Source: an uncultured archaeon (GTDB lineage Archaea; Iainarchaeota; Iainarchaeia; Iainarchaeales; Iainarchaeaceae). Taken from it: 22,064 nucleotides of DNA. The position numbers and the translations under genes are program-made. Shown in pieces: positions 7,472-15,833 of the stretch (position 1 is the stretch's first letter; every line of letters begins with the position of its first letter). Below the pieces are notes generated by a model. The model was not told where the DNA came from, made no database searches, and saw nothing but the letters and a program-made list of their open reading frames with translations. The stretch lies in the NCBI GenBank assembly GCA_964577555.1, contig CAZNZM010000003.1, forward strand, positions 125,015 through 147,078, read 5' to 3'.

Positions 7472-7643
7472 TTTTTTGGTATTTTTATTTTAAAAATTAA
7501 AATTGTTTTGTTTTGGCGAACAGATTTTTTGTATTTTTTTGAATTTATTTTTTTTTAATTTTGTTTATTTTTTGTTTTTTTTGCAATCCTTTTTTTGTCG
7601 ATTTTTTGTTTTTTTAATATATTTTCGTGTTTTAATTTGTTGT

Positions 7644-8021
7644 TTAATTTGCTGTTGGTTTTTCAAGGTAAGAAAGAAGTTCGCGTTGCATTTTGTCAAA
7701 AGTATTTTGAAATTCGTTAATAAATTTTTTTGAGTTATTTCCGAAAAGCGGTTTGAGGATTTGAATGGCTTTGCCTTTGTTTTCGCCTGTAAAGAAGAGC
7801 AGGTTTATTGCGTCTTTTTGCTCTTTAAGTATTTCCAAAAACGCTTTTTTTTGTGTTGCCGAAACCCATTGTTTTGAAAGAACGTGTTGAAGCGCGTATC
7901 GCATGCTTTCATTGGTAATTTCTTTTATGGATTTTTCAATGTCCAGGTTTTCAACATTTGAAAATATTTTTGATTTTATTTCTTTTGCTTTTTTTTCAAA
8001 GTCTGTGTCTTTTTTTGCCAT
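7644..8021 (-). CDS. Hypothetical small protein, predicted helical, no recognisable family
   Basis: Normal (non-homopolymeric) codon composition. The likely start is the ATG at 8021 (MAKKDTDFEKK); the ORF-track start at 8057 is a TTG. Confidence 0.6.
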   Translation of the reverse strand: MAKKDTDFEKKAKEIKSKIFSNVENLDIEKSIKEITNESMRYALQHVLSKQWVSATQKKAFLEILKEQKDAINLLFFTGENKGKAIQILKPLFGNNSKKFINEFQNTFDKMQRELLSYLEKPTAN

Positions 8022-8056
8022 GCTTTTAATAAAAGCATAGAAAGGGTTAATAATCA

Positions 8057-8068
8057 ATAATTTAAATC
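8057..8068. promoter_or_regulatory. Shared palindromic TATA-like box (aataatttaaat) in the divergent hypothetical/glyA intergenic region
   Basis: tttaaat at 8061-8067 is centred about 36 nt upstream of the glyA ATG at 8100. GGGTG SD at 8090-8094. Confidence 0.4.
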
Positions 8069-8099
8069 TATTTTAGTTTGAATGGTGTAGGGTGTGCTG

Positions 8100-9434
8100 A
8101 TGGTTGGCAAGCCGTTGAAAAAGTCTGACAGGGAAGTTTTTGATTTGATTCAATCTGAAACCAAGAGGCAGGAAAATGGGCTTGAAATGATTCCTTCTGA
8201 AAATAATTGTAGTATTGCAGTTAGGGAGGCGCTTGGCTCAGTTTTTACTGACAAATACTCTGAAGGCTATCCTAAAAAAAGATATTATGGCGGACAAGAA
8301 TTTGTGGACAAATTGGAGTTGCTTGCAATTGAACGTGCAAAAAAATTGTTTGGAGTTGAACATGTCAATGTTCAGCCTTACTCTGGAAGTCCTGCAAATC
8401 AGGCTGTTTATTTTGCGTTGCTTAATGCTGGAGATGTGGTGATGGGTCAGAGCCTTACGGCAGGAGGGCATTTGACTCATGGTTGGAAGGTGAATTTTTC
8501 GGGAAAAACATATAAAAGCGTGCAATACAATGTCAAGCCTGATGGCTATATTGATATTGAGGAAGTGAAAAGACTTGCACATGAACACAAACCTAAATTG
8601 ATTTGGGTTGGGGCAACTGCTTATCCGAGACAACTTCCTTTTAAGGAATTTTCAGAAATAGCGGAAGGGGTTGGAGCTTATCTTGCCGCTGACATTTCGC
8701 ATATTTCAGGGCTTGTTGCAGGCGGAGTTCATGAAAGTCCTGTCAAGTACGTGCATATTGTAACCACTACAACTCACAAGACATTGCGTGGCCCCAGAGG
8801 AGCAATGATAATGGTTACTAAAAAGGGAATTGAAAAGGATTTTGAATTGCCTTCAAAAATAGACAAGGCTGTGTTTCCGGGTTTGCAAGGGGGGCCTCAT
8901 GACCATCAAACCGCGGCAATAGCAGTTGCTTTGGGTGAAGCATTAAAACCACAGTTTAAAGAGTATGCTGCCCAAATAGTCAATAATACTAAGGCTTTGG
9001 CGGAATCGCTTAAAAAAAATGGGGTTAAGCTTGTTACTGGCGGTTCGGACAATCACTTGATTTTGATAGACTTGACTCCTTTTGGAAAGGGAAAAGGGCT
9101 TTATTGTCAACAAGGACTTGAAAAAGCCGGAATAACAGTTAATAAAAACACTATTCCTTTTGATCCGAGTTCTCCATTCTATCCTAGTGGCATAAGGCTT
9201 GGGACTCCTGCTTTGACAACAAGAGGCATGAAAGAAAAGGAAATGAAAATAATAGGTGAATTGATAGCAAGAGTAATAAAAAAAGTGGCAGTATATGATT
9301 TTTATGAAGACAAGGATGAAAGGGAAAAGGTTATACAAGAGGTAATGGAAAGAATTGAAAATGATGCTGAAATAAAAGAGATTCATAAAGAAGTTCTGAA
9401 ACTTTGCAAAAAATTCCCGTTGCATTCCAAGTGA
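8100..9434 (+). CDS. glyA: Serine hydroxymethyltransferase
   Basis: SENNCS, YSGSPANQAV and TTTTHKTLRGPRG (PLP-lysine motif). The start is moved to the ATG at 8100; the track start at 8094 is a GTG. Confidence 0.96.
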   Translation: MVGKPLKKSDREVFDLIQSETKRQENGLEMIPSENNCSIAVREALGSVFTDKYSEGYPKKRYYGGQEFVDKLELLAIERAKKLFGVEHVNVQPYSGSPANQAVYFALLNAGDVVMGQSLTAGGHLTHGWKVNFSGKTYKSVQYNVKPDGYIDIEEVKRLAHEHKPKLIWVGATAYPRQLPFKEFSEIAEGVGAYLAADISHISGLVAGGVHESPVKYVHIVTTTTHKTLRGPRGAMIMVTKKGIEKDFELPSKIDKAVFPGLQGGPHDHQTAAIAVALGEALKPQFKEYAAQIVNNTKALAESLKKNGVKLVTGGSDNHLILIDLTPFGKGKGLYCQQGLEKAGITVNKNTIPFDPSSPFYPSGIRLGTPALTTRGMKEKEMKIIGELIARVIKKVAVYDFYEDKDEREKVIQEVMERIENDAEIKEIHKEVLKLCKKFPLHSK

Positions 9435-9438
9435 AAAC

Positions 9439-10308
9439 ATGTCTGCAAAGATAATAGATGGAACAAAAATTGCAAAAAAAATACTTGATAATGCAAAAAC
9501 AAGAGTAAAAGAGTTGAAGGATAGAGGAATAGTCCCGAATTTGGTTGTAATTCAAGTTGGCAATGATCCTGCATCAACAATTTATGTGAAAAAAAAACAT
9601 CAAACCTGTCTTGAAATAGGTATGAGTTCTGAAATAAAAAAGTTGCCTGAAAAAATTTCATATGAAGAGCTTTCCAAAATAATAAAATCGCTTAATTATG
9701 ATTCAAAAGTTCATGGGGTGTTGTTGCAACTTCCATTGCCAAAACATTTGGTGGAAAAGCAGGTTTTGGAATTGATTGACGTGCGCAAAGACGTGGATGG
9801 CTTTCACCCTTATAATCAAGGCAGGAACTTGTTAGGTAAGGAATGCATGCCACCTGCAACTCCAAAAGGAATAGTGGCTTTGTTAAAAACAGTTTCTCAA
9901 AATATTGAAGGAAAACATGCTGTCATAATTGGAAGGAGCAATATTGTAGGCAAGCCTTTGGCTTTAATGCTTTTGCATGAAGGTTGCACAGTCACTGTTT
10001 GCCACAGTAAAACCGTTGATCTTGCAAAACACACAAAAATGGCGGACATACTTGTGAGTGCCGCTGGAAAGGAAAAACTGGTTACTGCAAAAATGGTGAA
10101 AAAAGGTGCAATAGTGGTTGATGTTGGAACAAACCGAACAAAAGAAGGAAAACTTGTCGGGGACGTCGATTTTGAAGCTGTTAAAAAAAAGGCAAGCTGG
10201 ATTACGCCTGTGCCTGGCGGGGTAGGGCCAATGACAATTGCGTCTTTGATTGAAAACACTTTAAAAGCGTGTGAAGAAATAGAAAATTCAAGCAATGCGA
10301 GAAAATGA
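9439..10308 (+). CDS. folD: Bifunctional 5,10-methylene-THF dehydrogenase / 5,10-methenyl-THF cyclohydrolase
   Basis: VIIGRSNIVGKPLALMLL and TPVPGGVGPMTIA. Starts 4 nt after the glyA stop. Confidence 0.95.
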   Translation: MSAKIIDGTKIAKKILDNAKTRVKELKDRGIVPNLVVIQVGNDPASTIYVKKKHQTCLEIGMSSEIKKLPEKISYEELSKIIKSLNYDSKVHGVLLQLPLPKHLVEKQVLELIDVRKDVDGFHPYNQGRNLLGKECMPPATPKGIVALLKTVSQNIEGKHAVIIGRSNIVGKPLALMLLHEGCTVTVCHSKTVDLAKHTKMADILVSAAGKEKLVTAKMVKKGAIVVDVGTNRTKEGKLVGDVDFEAVKKKASWITPVPGGVGPMTIASLIENTLKACEEIENSSNARK

Positions 10309-10340
10309 TTTTTGTTGGTTGAAATTTTTGTTTACAATTC

Positions 10341-10350
10341 AATTTTAAAA
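10341..10350 (+). promoter_or_regulatory. Possible internal TATA-like box for purN-purH (aattttaaaa)
   Basis: Centred about 29 nt upstream of the ATG at 10375 with no SD, which is leaderless-type spacing. Confidence 0.35.
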
Positions 10351-10374
10351 ACCAAACAAAAGTAATTTTATTGC

Positions 10375-10998
10375 ATGAAAAAAGAATTGAAAATAGGAGT
10401 ATTGGGTTCAACCAGGGGAACTGATTTACAAGCCATAATAGACGAAATTGAGGCAGGAAAACTCAATGCAAAAATTTCTTTGGTTGTTTCTGACAAAAAA
10501 GATGCGTTTATATTGGAAAGAGCCAGGATGCATGGCATAAAAAATTTTTTTGTTGATTATAAGAAATTCCGAGACAGGGAAATGGCTGAAAAGGAAATAA
10601 TAAAAAAATTGAAGGAAGAAAAAACTGAACTTGTTATTTTGATAGGTTTTATGAAAATACTTACTCCTTATTTTGTGTCTGAATTTAGGGGCAGGATTTG
10701 GAATGTACATCCAAGCTTGTTGCCAAAATATGCTGGCGGGATGAATCTTGATGTTCATAAGCAAGTAATAAATAATAAGGATGAAGAGACAGGTTGTACT
10801 TTGCACGAGGTAATTGAAAGAGTAGACGCGGGAAAAATAATAATGCAGAAAAAAATCAAGGTTTTGCCAAACGACACGCCTGAAACTCTTAAGGAAAAAG
10901 TTCAAAAGCTTGAACAGGAATGTATATTGAAAGCAATTAAAATGGTTATTGACAAAAAGTTAGCAATAGGGGAAAAAGATAAAAATGCACAGAATTGA
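10375..10998 (+). CDS. purN: Phosphoribosylglycinamide formyltransferase (folate-dependent)
   Basis: IGVLGSTRGTDLQAII, NVHPSLLPKYAGG and HEVIERVDAGKII. Confidence 0.93.
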   Translation: MKKELKIGVLGSTRGTDLQAIIDEIEAGKLNAKISLVVSDKKDAFILERARMHGIKNFFVDYKKFRDREMAEKEIIKKLKEEKTELVILIGFMKILTPYFVSEFRGRIWNVHPSLLPKYAGGMNLDVHKQVINNKDEETGCTLHEVIERVDAGKIIMQKKIKVLPNDTPETLKEKVQKLEQECILKAIKMVIDKKLAIGEKDKNAQN

Positions 10999-12520
10999 AA
11001 CAGCCTTGATATCGGTTTCTGACAAGACCGGGCTTATTGAATTTGCAAAAATTCTTGAAAAGCATGGAGTGAAAATCATTTCTTCTGGCGGAACATACAA
11101 TACTTTGAGTCTTGCAAGTATCAACACAACAAAAGTGGAAGATTTCACTGGGTTTCCGGAAATTCTTGACGGAAGAGTGAAAACTTTGCATCCGAAGATT
11201 CATGCAGGAATACTTGCAAAGAGAACAAATGAACATTTGGCTCAGCTTTCAAGTCATGGGTTTGAAAAAATTGATTTGGTTGTTGTGAATCTTTATCCTT
11301 TCAAAAAAGTTGCTTCAAAAGAAAAATCAGATATTGAAGAGGCAATTGAAAATATTGATATAGGCGGTCCTGCGTTAATAAGGGCTGCGGCAAAAAATCA
11401 TAAAAATGTCGGAGTAATTGTCGAGCCAAGTCAGTATACTAAAGTGGTTGAGGACTTAGAAAAAAATAATGGTTGTCTTTCAGATTCGGTGAAAAAGGCT
11501 TTGATGGTTGATGCTTATAGACACACTGCTTTTTATGATTCAATTATATCAAACTATTTTGCAGAAAAATATGGGGTGGCTGATTTTTCGGAAAAATTGG
11601 TTTTGGGTTATGAAAAGGTTTCGGAATTGAGGTATGGTGAAAATCCGCATCAAAAAGCGGCTGTTTATTCAAAACCAGCTTATTTTGGGATTAATATTTC
11701 AAATGCAAAGCAGTTCAACGGAAAAGAACTTTCATTCAATAATTATTTGGATGTAAATTCTGCTTTGCAGGCAATATTGGAATTTAGAGAGCCAAGTGTA
11801 GTAATAGTTAAGCATGGTAATCCTTGCGGCGTGGCTTCTGCTGAAAAAATTGACGAGGCTTTTTCAAAAGCATATGCTTGCGATCCGCTTAGTGCTTTTG
11901 GCGGCATTATTGCTTTGAACAGGGAATGTGACAAGGCTTCTGCGGAAAAAATAGTTTCATTTTTTAATGAAGTTGTAGTGGCTCCGGAATATTCCGAGGA
12001 GGCGCTTGAAATTTTGAAATCCAAAAAGAATTTGAGAGTCTTGCAAATTGACTTTGTTTCAAAAACTGAGAAAAAGGATTTTAGGCAAATTGAAGGCGGC
12101 TTGCTTTTGCAGGAAAAGGATTTTTTAGGCAGGTTTGAATTGGATGACAAAACAGGCATAAAAATTTCAAATGAGATTATTTCAGATCTTGAATTTGCAT
12201 GGAAAGTCGTAAAAAACGTGAAAAGCAATGCGATAGTTGTTGCAAAATCAAAAGCAACAGTTGGTATAGGCGGTGGTCTTACTTCAAGAGTTGATGCAAC
12301 CGAACTTGCATTAAAAAAAGCCGGTGAAAGGGCAAAAGGCGCTGTTTTGGCGTCTGATGCTTTTTTTCCGTTCAAAGATAGTGTGGAAATCGCTGAAAAG
12401 GCCGGAATTGTCGCGATTGCAGAGCCAGGGGGAAGTATTAATGATGAACAAGTAATAGACGCCGCGAAAAAGGCAAAAATAGCGCTTTATTTTACTGGTG
12501 AAAGGCATTTTAAGCATTGA
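10985..12520 (+). CDS. purH: Bifunctional AICAR formyltransferase / IMP cyclohydrolase (full-length type)
   Basis: ALISVSDKTGL, RVKTLHPKIHAGIL and VKHGNPCGVAS. Overlaps purN by 14 nt. Confidence 0.96.
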   Translation: MHRIETALISVSDKTGLIEFAKILEKHGVKIISSGGTYNTLSLASINTTKVEDFTGFPEILDGRVKTLHPKIHAGILAKRTNEHLAQLSSHGFEKIDLVVVNLYPFKKVASKEKSDIEEAIENIDIGGPALIRAAAKNHKNVGVIVEPSQYTKVVEDLEKNNGCLSDSVKKALMVDAYRHTAFYDSIISNYFAEKYGVADFSEKLVLGYEKVSELRYGENPHQKAAVYSKPAYFGINISNAKQFNGKELSFNNYLDVNSALQAILEFREPSVVIVKHGNPCGVASAEKIDEAFSKAYACDPLSAFGGIIALNRECDKASAEKIVSFFNEVVVAPEYSEEALEILKSKKNLRVLQIDFVSKTEKKDFRQIEGGLLLQEKDFLGRFELDDKTGIKISNEIISDLEFAWKVVKNVKSNAIVVAKSKATVGIGGGLTSRVDATELALKKAGERAKGAVLASDAFFPFKDSVEIAEKAGIVAIAEPGGSINDEQVIDAAKKAKIALYFTGERHFKH

Positions 12521-12540
12521 AAATAATTTTTTTGGAATTT
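12521..12540 (+). terminator. Possible oligo-T terminator for the glyA-folD-purN-purH unit
   Basis: T7 run at 12527-12533 immediately after the purH stop. It merges into repeat array C. Confidence 0.3.
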
Positions 12541-12860
12541 TAATGGCTGAACTTGTTTTTTTTGTCAATTTTTTTAACCATTTTTTTGTATTAGCTTTTT
12601 TTAGGGTTGTTTTTTTGCCAGATGTTTTTTTTGTTTTTTATTATTTTTTTAATTTTCTAAATCAATTTTTGTATCTAATCAGTTTTTTAGCCAATTTATT
12701 TTTTTAAATTCTTTTTTTTGTCAAGTTTTTTGCAAGCATTTTTTTGAATTTTGATTTTTTTTTCAATTTAGTTTTTTTTGGTGAGCCATTTTTTCATGAA
12801 ATTATTTTTTTATTTGTTTTTTGCCTGTTTTTTTGAACATTTTTTAACCAAAAACCCTAT
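12521..12860. repeat. T-rich (+ strand) low-complexity repeat array, locus C
   Basis: Same style as the other arrays: ggtgagcca (12780-12788) followed by ttttttcat, ttagccaattt (about 12688) and tgcaagcattttttt (about 12731), with T6-T9 runs throughout. Confidence 0.8.
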
Positions 12861-12868
12861 CAAAAAAC

Positions 12869-12880
12869 TTTATTAATATA
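12869..12880 (+). promoter_or_regulatory. Putative TATA box for the ABC transporter operon (tttattaatata)
   Basis: Centred about 26-27 nt upstream of the ATG at 12901 with no SD, consistent with a leaderless archaeal mRNA. Confidence 0.45.
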
Positions 12881-12900
12881 GATTAATTAATTTTACTTAA

Positions 12901-13851
12901 ATGCCTAAACCTGTTTGTTTGGTAACGAATGTAACTAAATCTTTTGGGCTTCATAAGGCGTTGGATAATATTAATCTTGTGCTTATGGAGCGTGAAATTT
13001 ATGGTTTATTAGGCAGTAATGGCGCTGGCAAAAGCACTTTGATTAAAATAGTTACTGGGATTATGATGCAAGACTTGGGCAATGTGCAATATTTCGGGCA
13101 AGAACTTGACAAAAATTATTCTAAAATAAAAACTTTGTTTTCAGTCGTGCCTCAAGACATAAGTTGTTATCATGGGTTTAGCGTTTATCATAATTTAAGG
13201 TTTTTTGGATTAATGTATGGACTTAAAGGTGAAAAATTGGATGAAAAAATAGAGTATTTGCTTGACTGGTTTCAGCTTAAAGAATTTGAAAAAAAGACTG
13301 TGGCTGATTTAAGTGGTGGTTATAAGAGGTTGGTTAATATTGCATGTTCTTTGTTGCATGATCCGCAAATAATTTTTTTGGATGAGCCAACCGTTGGTTT
13401 GGATCCTACAATGAGAAGATTGATTTGGAAGAAAATAAAGGAACTCAAAAACCAGGGCAAAACAATTTGTTTAACAACCCATTACCTTGATGAAGCACAG
13501 CAATTGTGTGACCGAGTTGGTTTGTTGGTGAATGGAAAGTTGCTTGTCAGCGGAACTCCAAACGAATTAATAGAAAAATTCGGTGGAGTAAGAATATTGA
13601 TAATGAAGCTTGACAAAATTATAGATGAAGCACATGCCGAACTAATAAAAAATTCATTTCCTGATTCCCGTGTTGAAATAACCGGCTCTGTGATAGTTAT
13701 TTCTTTTTCACAGGAGCATTCCCTTGAAAAAATATCAATTCTTACCCAATGGTTGAACGATCAAGGCTATGAAGTTGCAAGTTCGGTTATCAAAGAGCCT
13801 GAACTTGAAGATGTATTCCTTAATGTTACAGGCGAGAGGTTGAGAAACTGA
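12901..13851 (+). CDS. ABC transporter ATP-binding protein (ABC-2 / DrrA-CcmA-like subfamily)
   Basis: Walker A GSNGAGKST, signature LSGGYKR and Walker B IIFLDEPTVGLD. The stop overlaps the next start as TGATG. Confidence 0.9.
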   Translation: MPKPVCLVTNVTKSFGLHKALDNINLVLMEREIYGLLGSNGAGKSTLIKIVTGIMMQDLGNVQYFGQELDKNYSKIKTLFSVVPQDISCYHGFSVYHNLRFFGLMYGLKGEKLDEKIEYLLDWFQLKEFEKKTVADLSGGYKRLVNIACSLLHDPQIIFLDEPTVGLDPTMRRLIWKKIKELKNQGKTICLTTHYLDEAQQLCDRVGLLVNGKLLVSGTPNELIEKFGGVRILIMKLDKIIDEAHAELIKNSFPDSRVEITGSVIVISFSQEHSLEKISILTQWLNDQGYEVASSVIKEPELEDVFLNVTGERLRN

Positions 13852-15833
13852 TGCCAAAGAGCATTTTGTCAATAATTGAATATTTTCCAGGTTATAAAAT
13901 ATTGGCAATTGCGTCAAAGGAAATAAATTTGATAAAAAACCAAAAAGTGGCTCTTGCGTTGCTCATAATTTATCCTTTAATAGTCATACTTACCCTTGGG
14001 ACAGCATATTCTGGCGACACGTCAATTGGCAAAATAGAAGTTGCATTATATGCGCCTAATGAAATTTCAAAATTTGAAACCTCAAAACTTATTGAAAAAC
14101 TCAAAAAATCCGAATCTATAAACATAATCAAAGTAGACGACGAAAACCAAGTAAGGGAAATGGTGATGAAAAGAAAAGCCAAGGTTGGAATAATAATTAG
14201 GGAACCAGAGCCAACACAAGGACGCTTTGTGGTGGATATTATTAATGACAATTCAAATATAATAAATTCAGTTTTCTTTTTCCAAGTTGCTTCAGATTCA
14301 ATAAGAGCCATAGGCTTTCAAACGTCCCAGGAGATGCTTTCAGAAATTTGGACTGGCCTTGATACGATCAAGCAAAAACTTCAATTGGAATCTGAAAAAA
14401 TAAACGAATTCACAAAAAAACTTGGTGAAGTGGAAAGCCAAATAATTGATTTGAATAATACAGTAAACAGCATTGATGTTGAGGAAATGCGTACAAAGCT
14501 TCAAAGCCAAAAAAGAATGATTGATGAACTTGAACCAAAAATAACCGTGTTTCAACAAAAAATAAGTTCATTCAGAGAACTCAAACAAAAAAATTCCAAA
14601 AGAATAAAGAATGCAAAAATGAAAATTTCAGAATATAAAGAAATAATAAATTCTATTGATAGGCAATCCAAGGAAGCAAAAGAATATTGTACTTCAGAAA
14701 AATACGCAAACGCAGTAAAAAACACTCCAGAGTTAAAGGAATTGTGTGACCAAATAATTTCTTCATTTAATGATCTTCAAAAAATTATTAATGAATTTAA
14801 TTCATTGGAAAGAGAATTGACTGAAGCCGAAAAGGAATTTGATTCAATAGAAATAGAACTTAACAATGCTTCAAGGGATCTTCAAATAATCAAGCAGCGT
14901 TTTTCGCAAGTTCAAGGTGATATAAATTATTTTAACAGTCAATTGTCAAGTTTGCAGGGAACTATAAACAAAGTTAATGGGCTTATAAGCAACGCTGTTG
15001 AAACTGAAAAATCTATAAGAAACGATTTGAAAGACGCAGCAAAAATCCTTGATTCGTTCATATATAATATAAAGCAATTGTCAATGGTGAGTCCCGAATT
15101 TCTTTCTAATCCTGTCATAATAAACAAAAACAGTATTTATAAAGCATCAAAACTTGAAATAATAACTCCTATTGCACTTGTATTGGTTATAATGCTTACA
15201 TCTATACTTTTGACTGGTGTCTCTTTTGTAAATGAGAGAAATGAGGGGGCTTATTCAAGGCTTATTTTGTCTCCTACAAGTAAATTGGAGCTTTTCCTTG
15301 GAAAAGTATTTGGACAACTAATGATTTCAATTTTTGAGGCCGGCGTTATAATGTTTGTTGCAATATTTTTCTTTGGGGTAAGGATATCTGGAATATCCAT
15401 AACAATTTTTGATATTTTCGACGCGGTTTCTGGCAAGTCCAATTTAATGCAAATATTTTCCAATTTTTTCAGTTTGAATTTTATCCTTGGTTTGTTTAAC
15501 CTTTTAGCAGTAACCATCGTAATAGGATTTGCGTTCATTTGTTTGGGTTTGTTCATATCTAATTATACAAAAATGCAATCAACCACTATTCTTGCAGGTC
15601 TTTTGGCAGTCATTCCAATGATATTTATAAGTGGTATAATAATTCCAATGGAATTTATGAGTGAAATTGTTCAAAAAATAAGCATTATCCAACCTTTGAA
15701 CCTTGGAATAGTACTTGCAACCGAGGTAATAATCAAAAATACAATGATTGCAAATTTGGTTTCTGAATGTATAAAATTGATAGTTCCTGGCATAATTTTC
15801 TTTTTGTTTACGATTTTAAACAGGAATCTTTAA
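13851..15833 (+). CDS. ABC-2 family permease with a large extracytoplasmic coiled-coil insert (YhgE/Pip-like architecture)
   Basis: An N-terminal TM helix (ALALLIIYPLIVILTLG) is followed by about 400 aa of soluble region. Roughly residues 165-415 of this are heptad-like, K/E/Q/N/I/L-rich sequence. A C-terminal multi-TM ABC-2-type domain follows. Translationally coupled to the ATPase. Confidence 0.8.
   Translation: MPKSILSIIEYFPGYKILAIASKEINLIKNQKVALALLIIYPLIVILTLGTAYSGDTSIGKIEVALYAPNEISKFETSKLIEKLKKSESINIIKVDDENQVREMVMKRKAKVGIIIREPEPTQGRFVVDIINDNSNIINSVFFFQVASDSIRAIGFQTSQEMLSEIWTGLDTIKQKLQLESEKINEFTKKLGEVESQIIDLNNTVNSIDVEEMRTKLQSQKRMIDELEPKITVFQQKISSFRELKQKNSKRIKNAKMKISEYKEIINSIDRQSKEAKEYCTSEKYANAVKNTPELKELCDQIISSFNDLQKIINEFNSLERELTEAEKEFDSIEIELNNASRDLQIIKQRFSQVQGDINYFNSQLSSLQGTINKVNGLISNAVETEKSIRNDLKDAAKILDSFIYNIKQLSMVSPEFLSNPVIINKNSIYKASKLEIITPIALVLVIMLTSILLTGVSFVNERNEGAYSRLILSPTSKLELFLGKVFGQLMISIFEAGVIMFVAIFFFGVRISGISITIFDIFDAVSGKSNLMQIFSNFFSLNFILGLFNLLAVTIVIGFAFICLGLFISNYTKMQSTTILAGLLAVIPMIFISGIIIPMEFMSEIVQKISIIQPLNLGIVLATEVIIKNTMIANLVSECIKLIVPGIIFFLFTILNRNL

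Larger units (their letters stand above)
6729..7643. repeat. T-rich (+ strand) low-complexity repeat array, locus B (largest, about 0.9 kb), with nested tandem modules
   Basis: There are 11 or more G(A/C/T)AGCC cores, including 6816, 6840, 6958, 7010, 7062, 7158, 7224, 7309 and 7362. A perfect 58-bp duplicate lies at 7033-7090 and 7333-7390. A perfect 32-bp duplicate lies at 6869-6900 and 7093-7124. Near-identical modules of about 54 bp lie at 6957-7010 and 7156-7209, with a shorter third copy from 7308. Confidence 0.9.

Noticed and set aside
6729-7643. CRISPR array interpretation of the repeat regions
   Set aside because: There is no constant-length direct repeat alternating with unique spacers, since the intervening sequence is itself the same low-complexity material. 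The repeats are degenerate with variable spacing, and no cas genes are in the window.
8058-8099. ZTP/pfl or purine riboswitch upstream of glyA, folD or purH
   Set aside because: The leaders are only about 10-40 nt and extremely AT-rich. They have no room for, and no sign of, the conserved structured GC-containing cores. These riboswitches are also bacterial, while the promoter architecture here looks archaeal.
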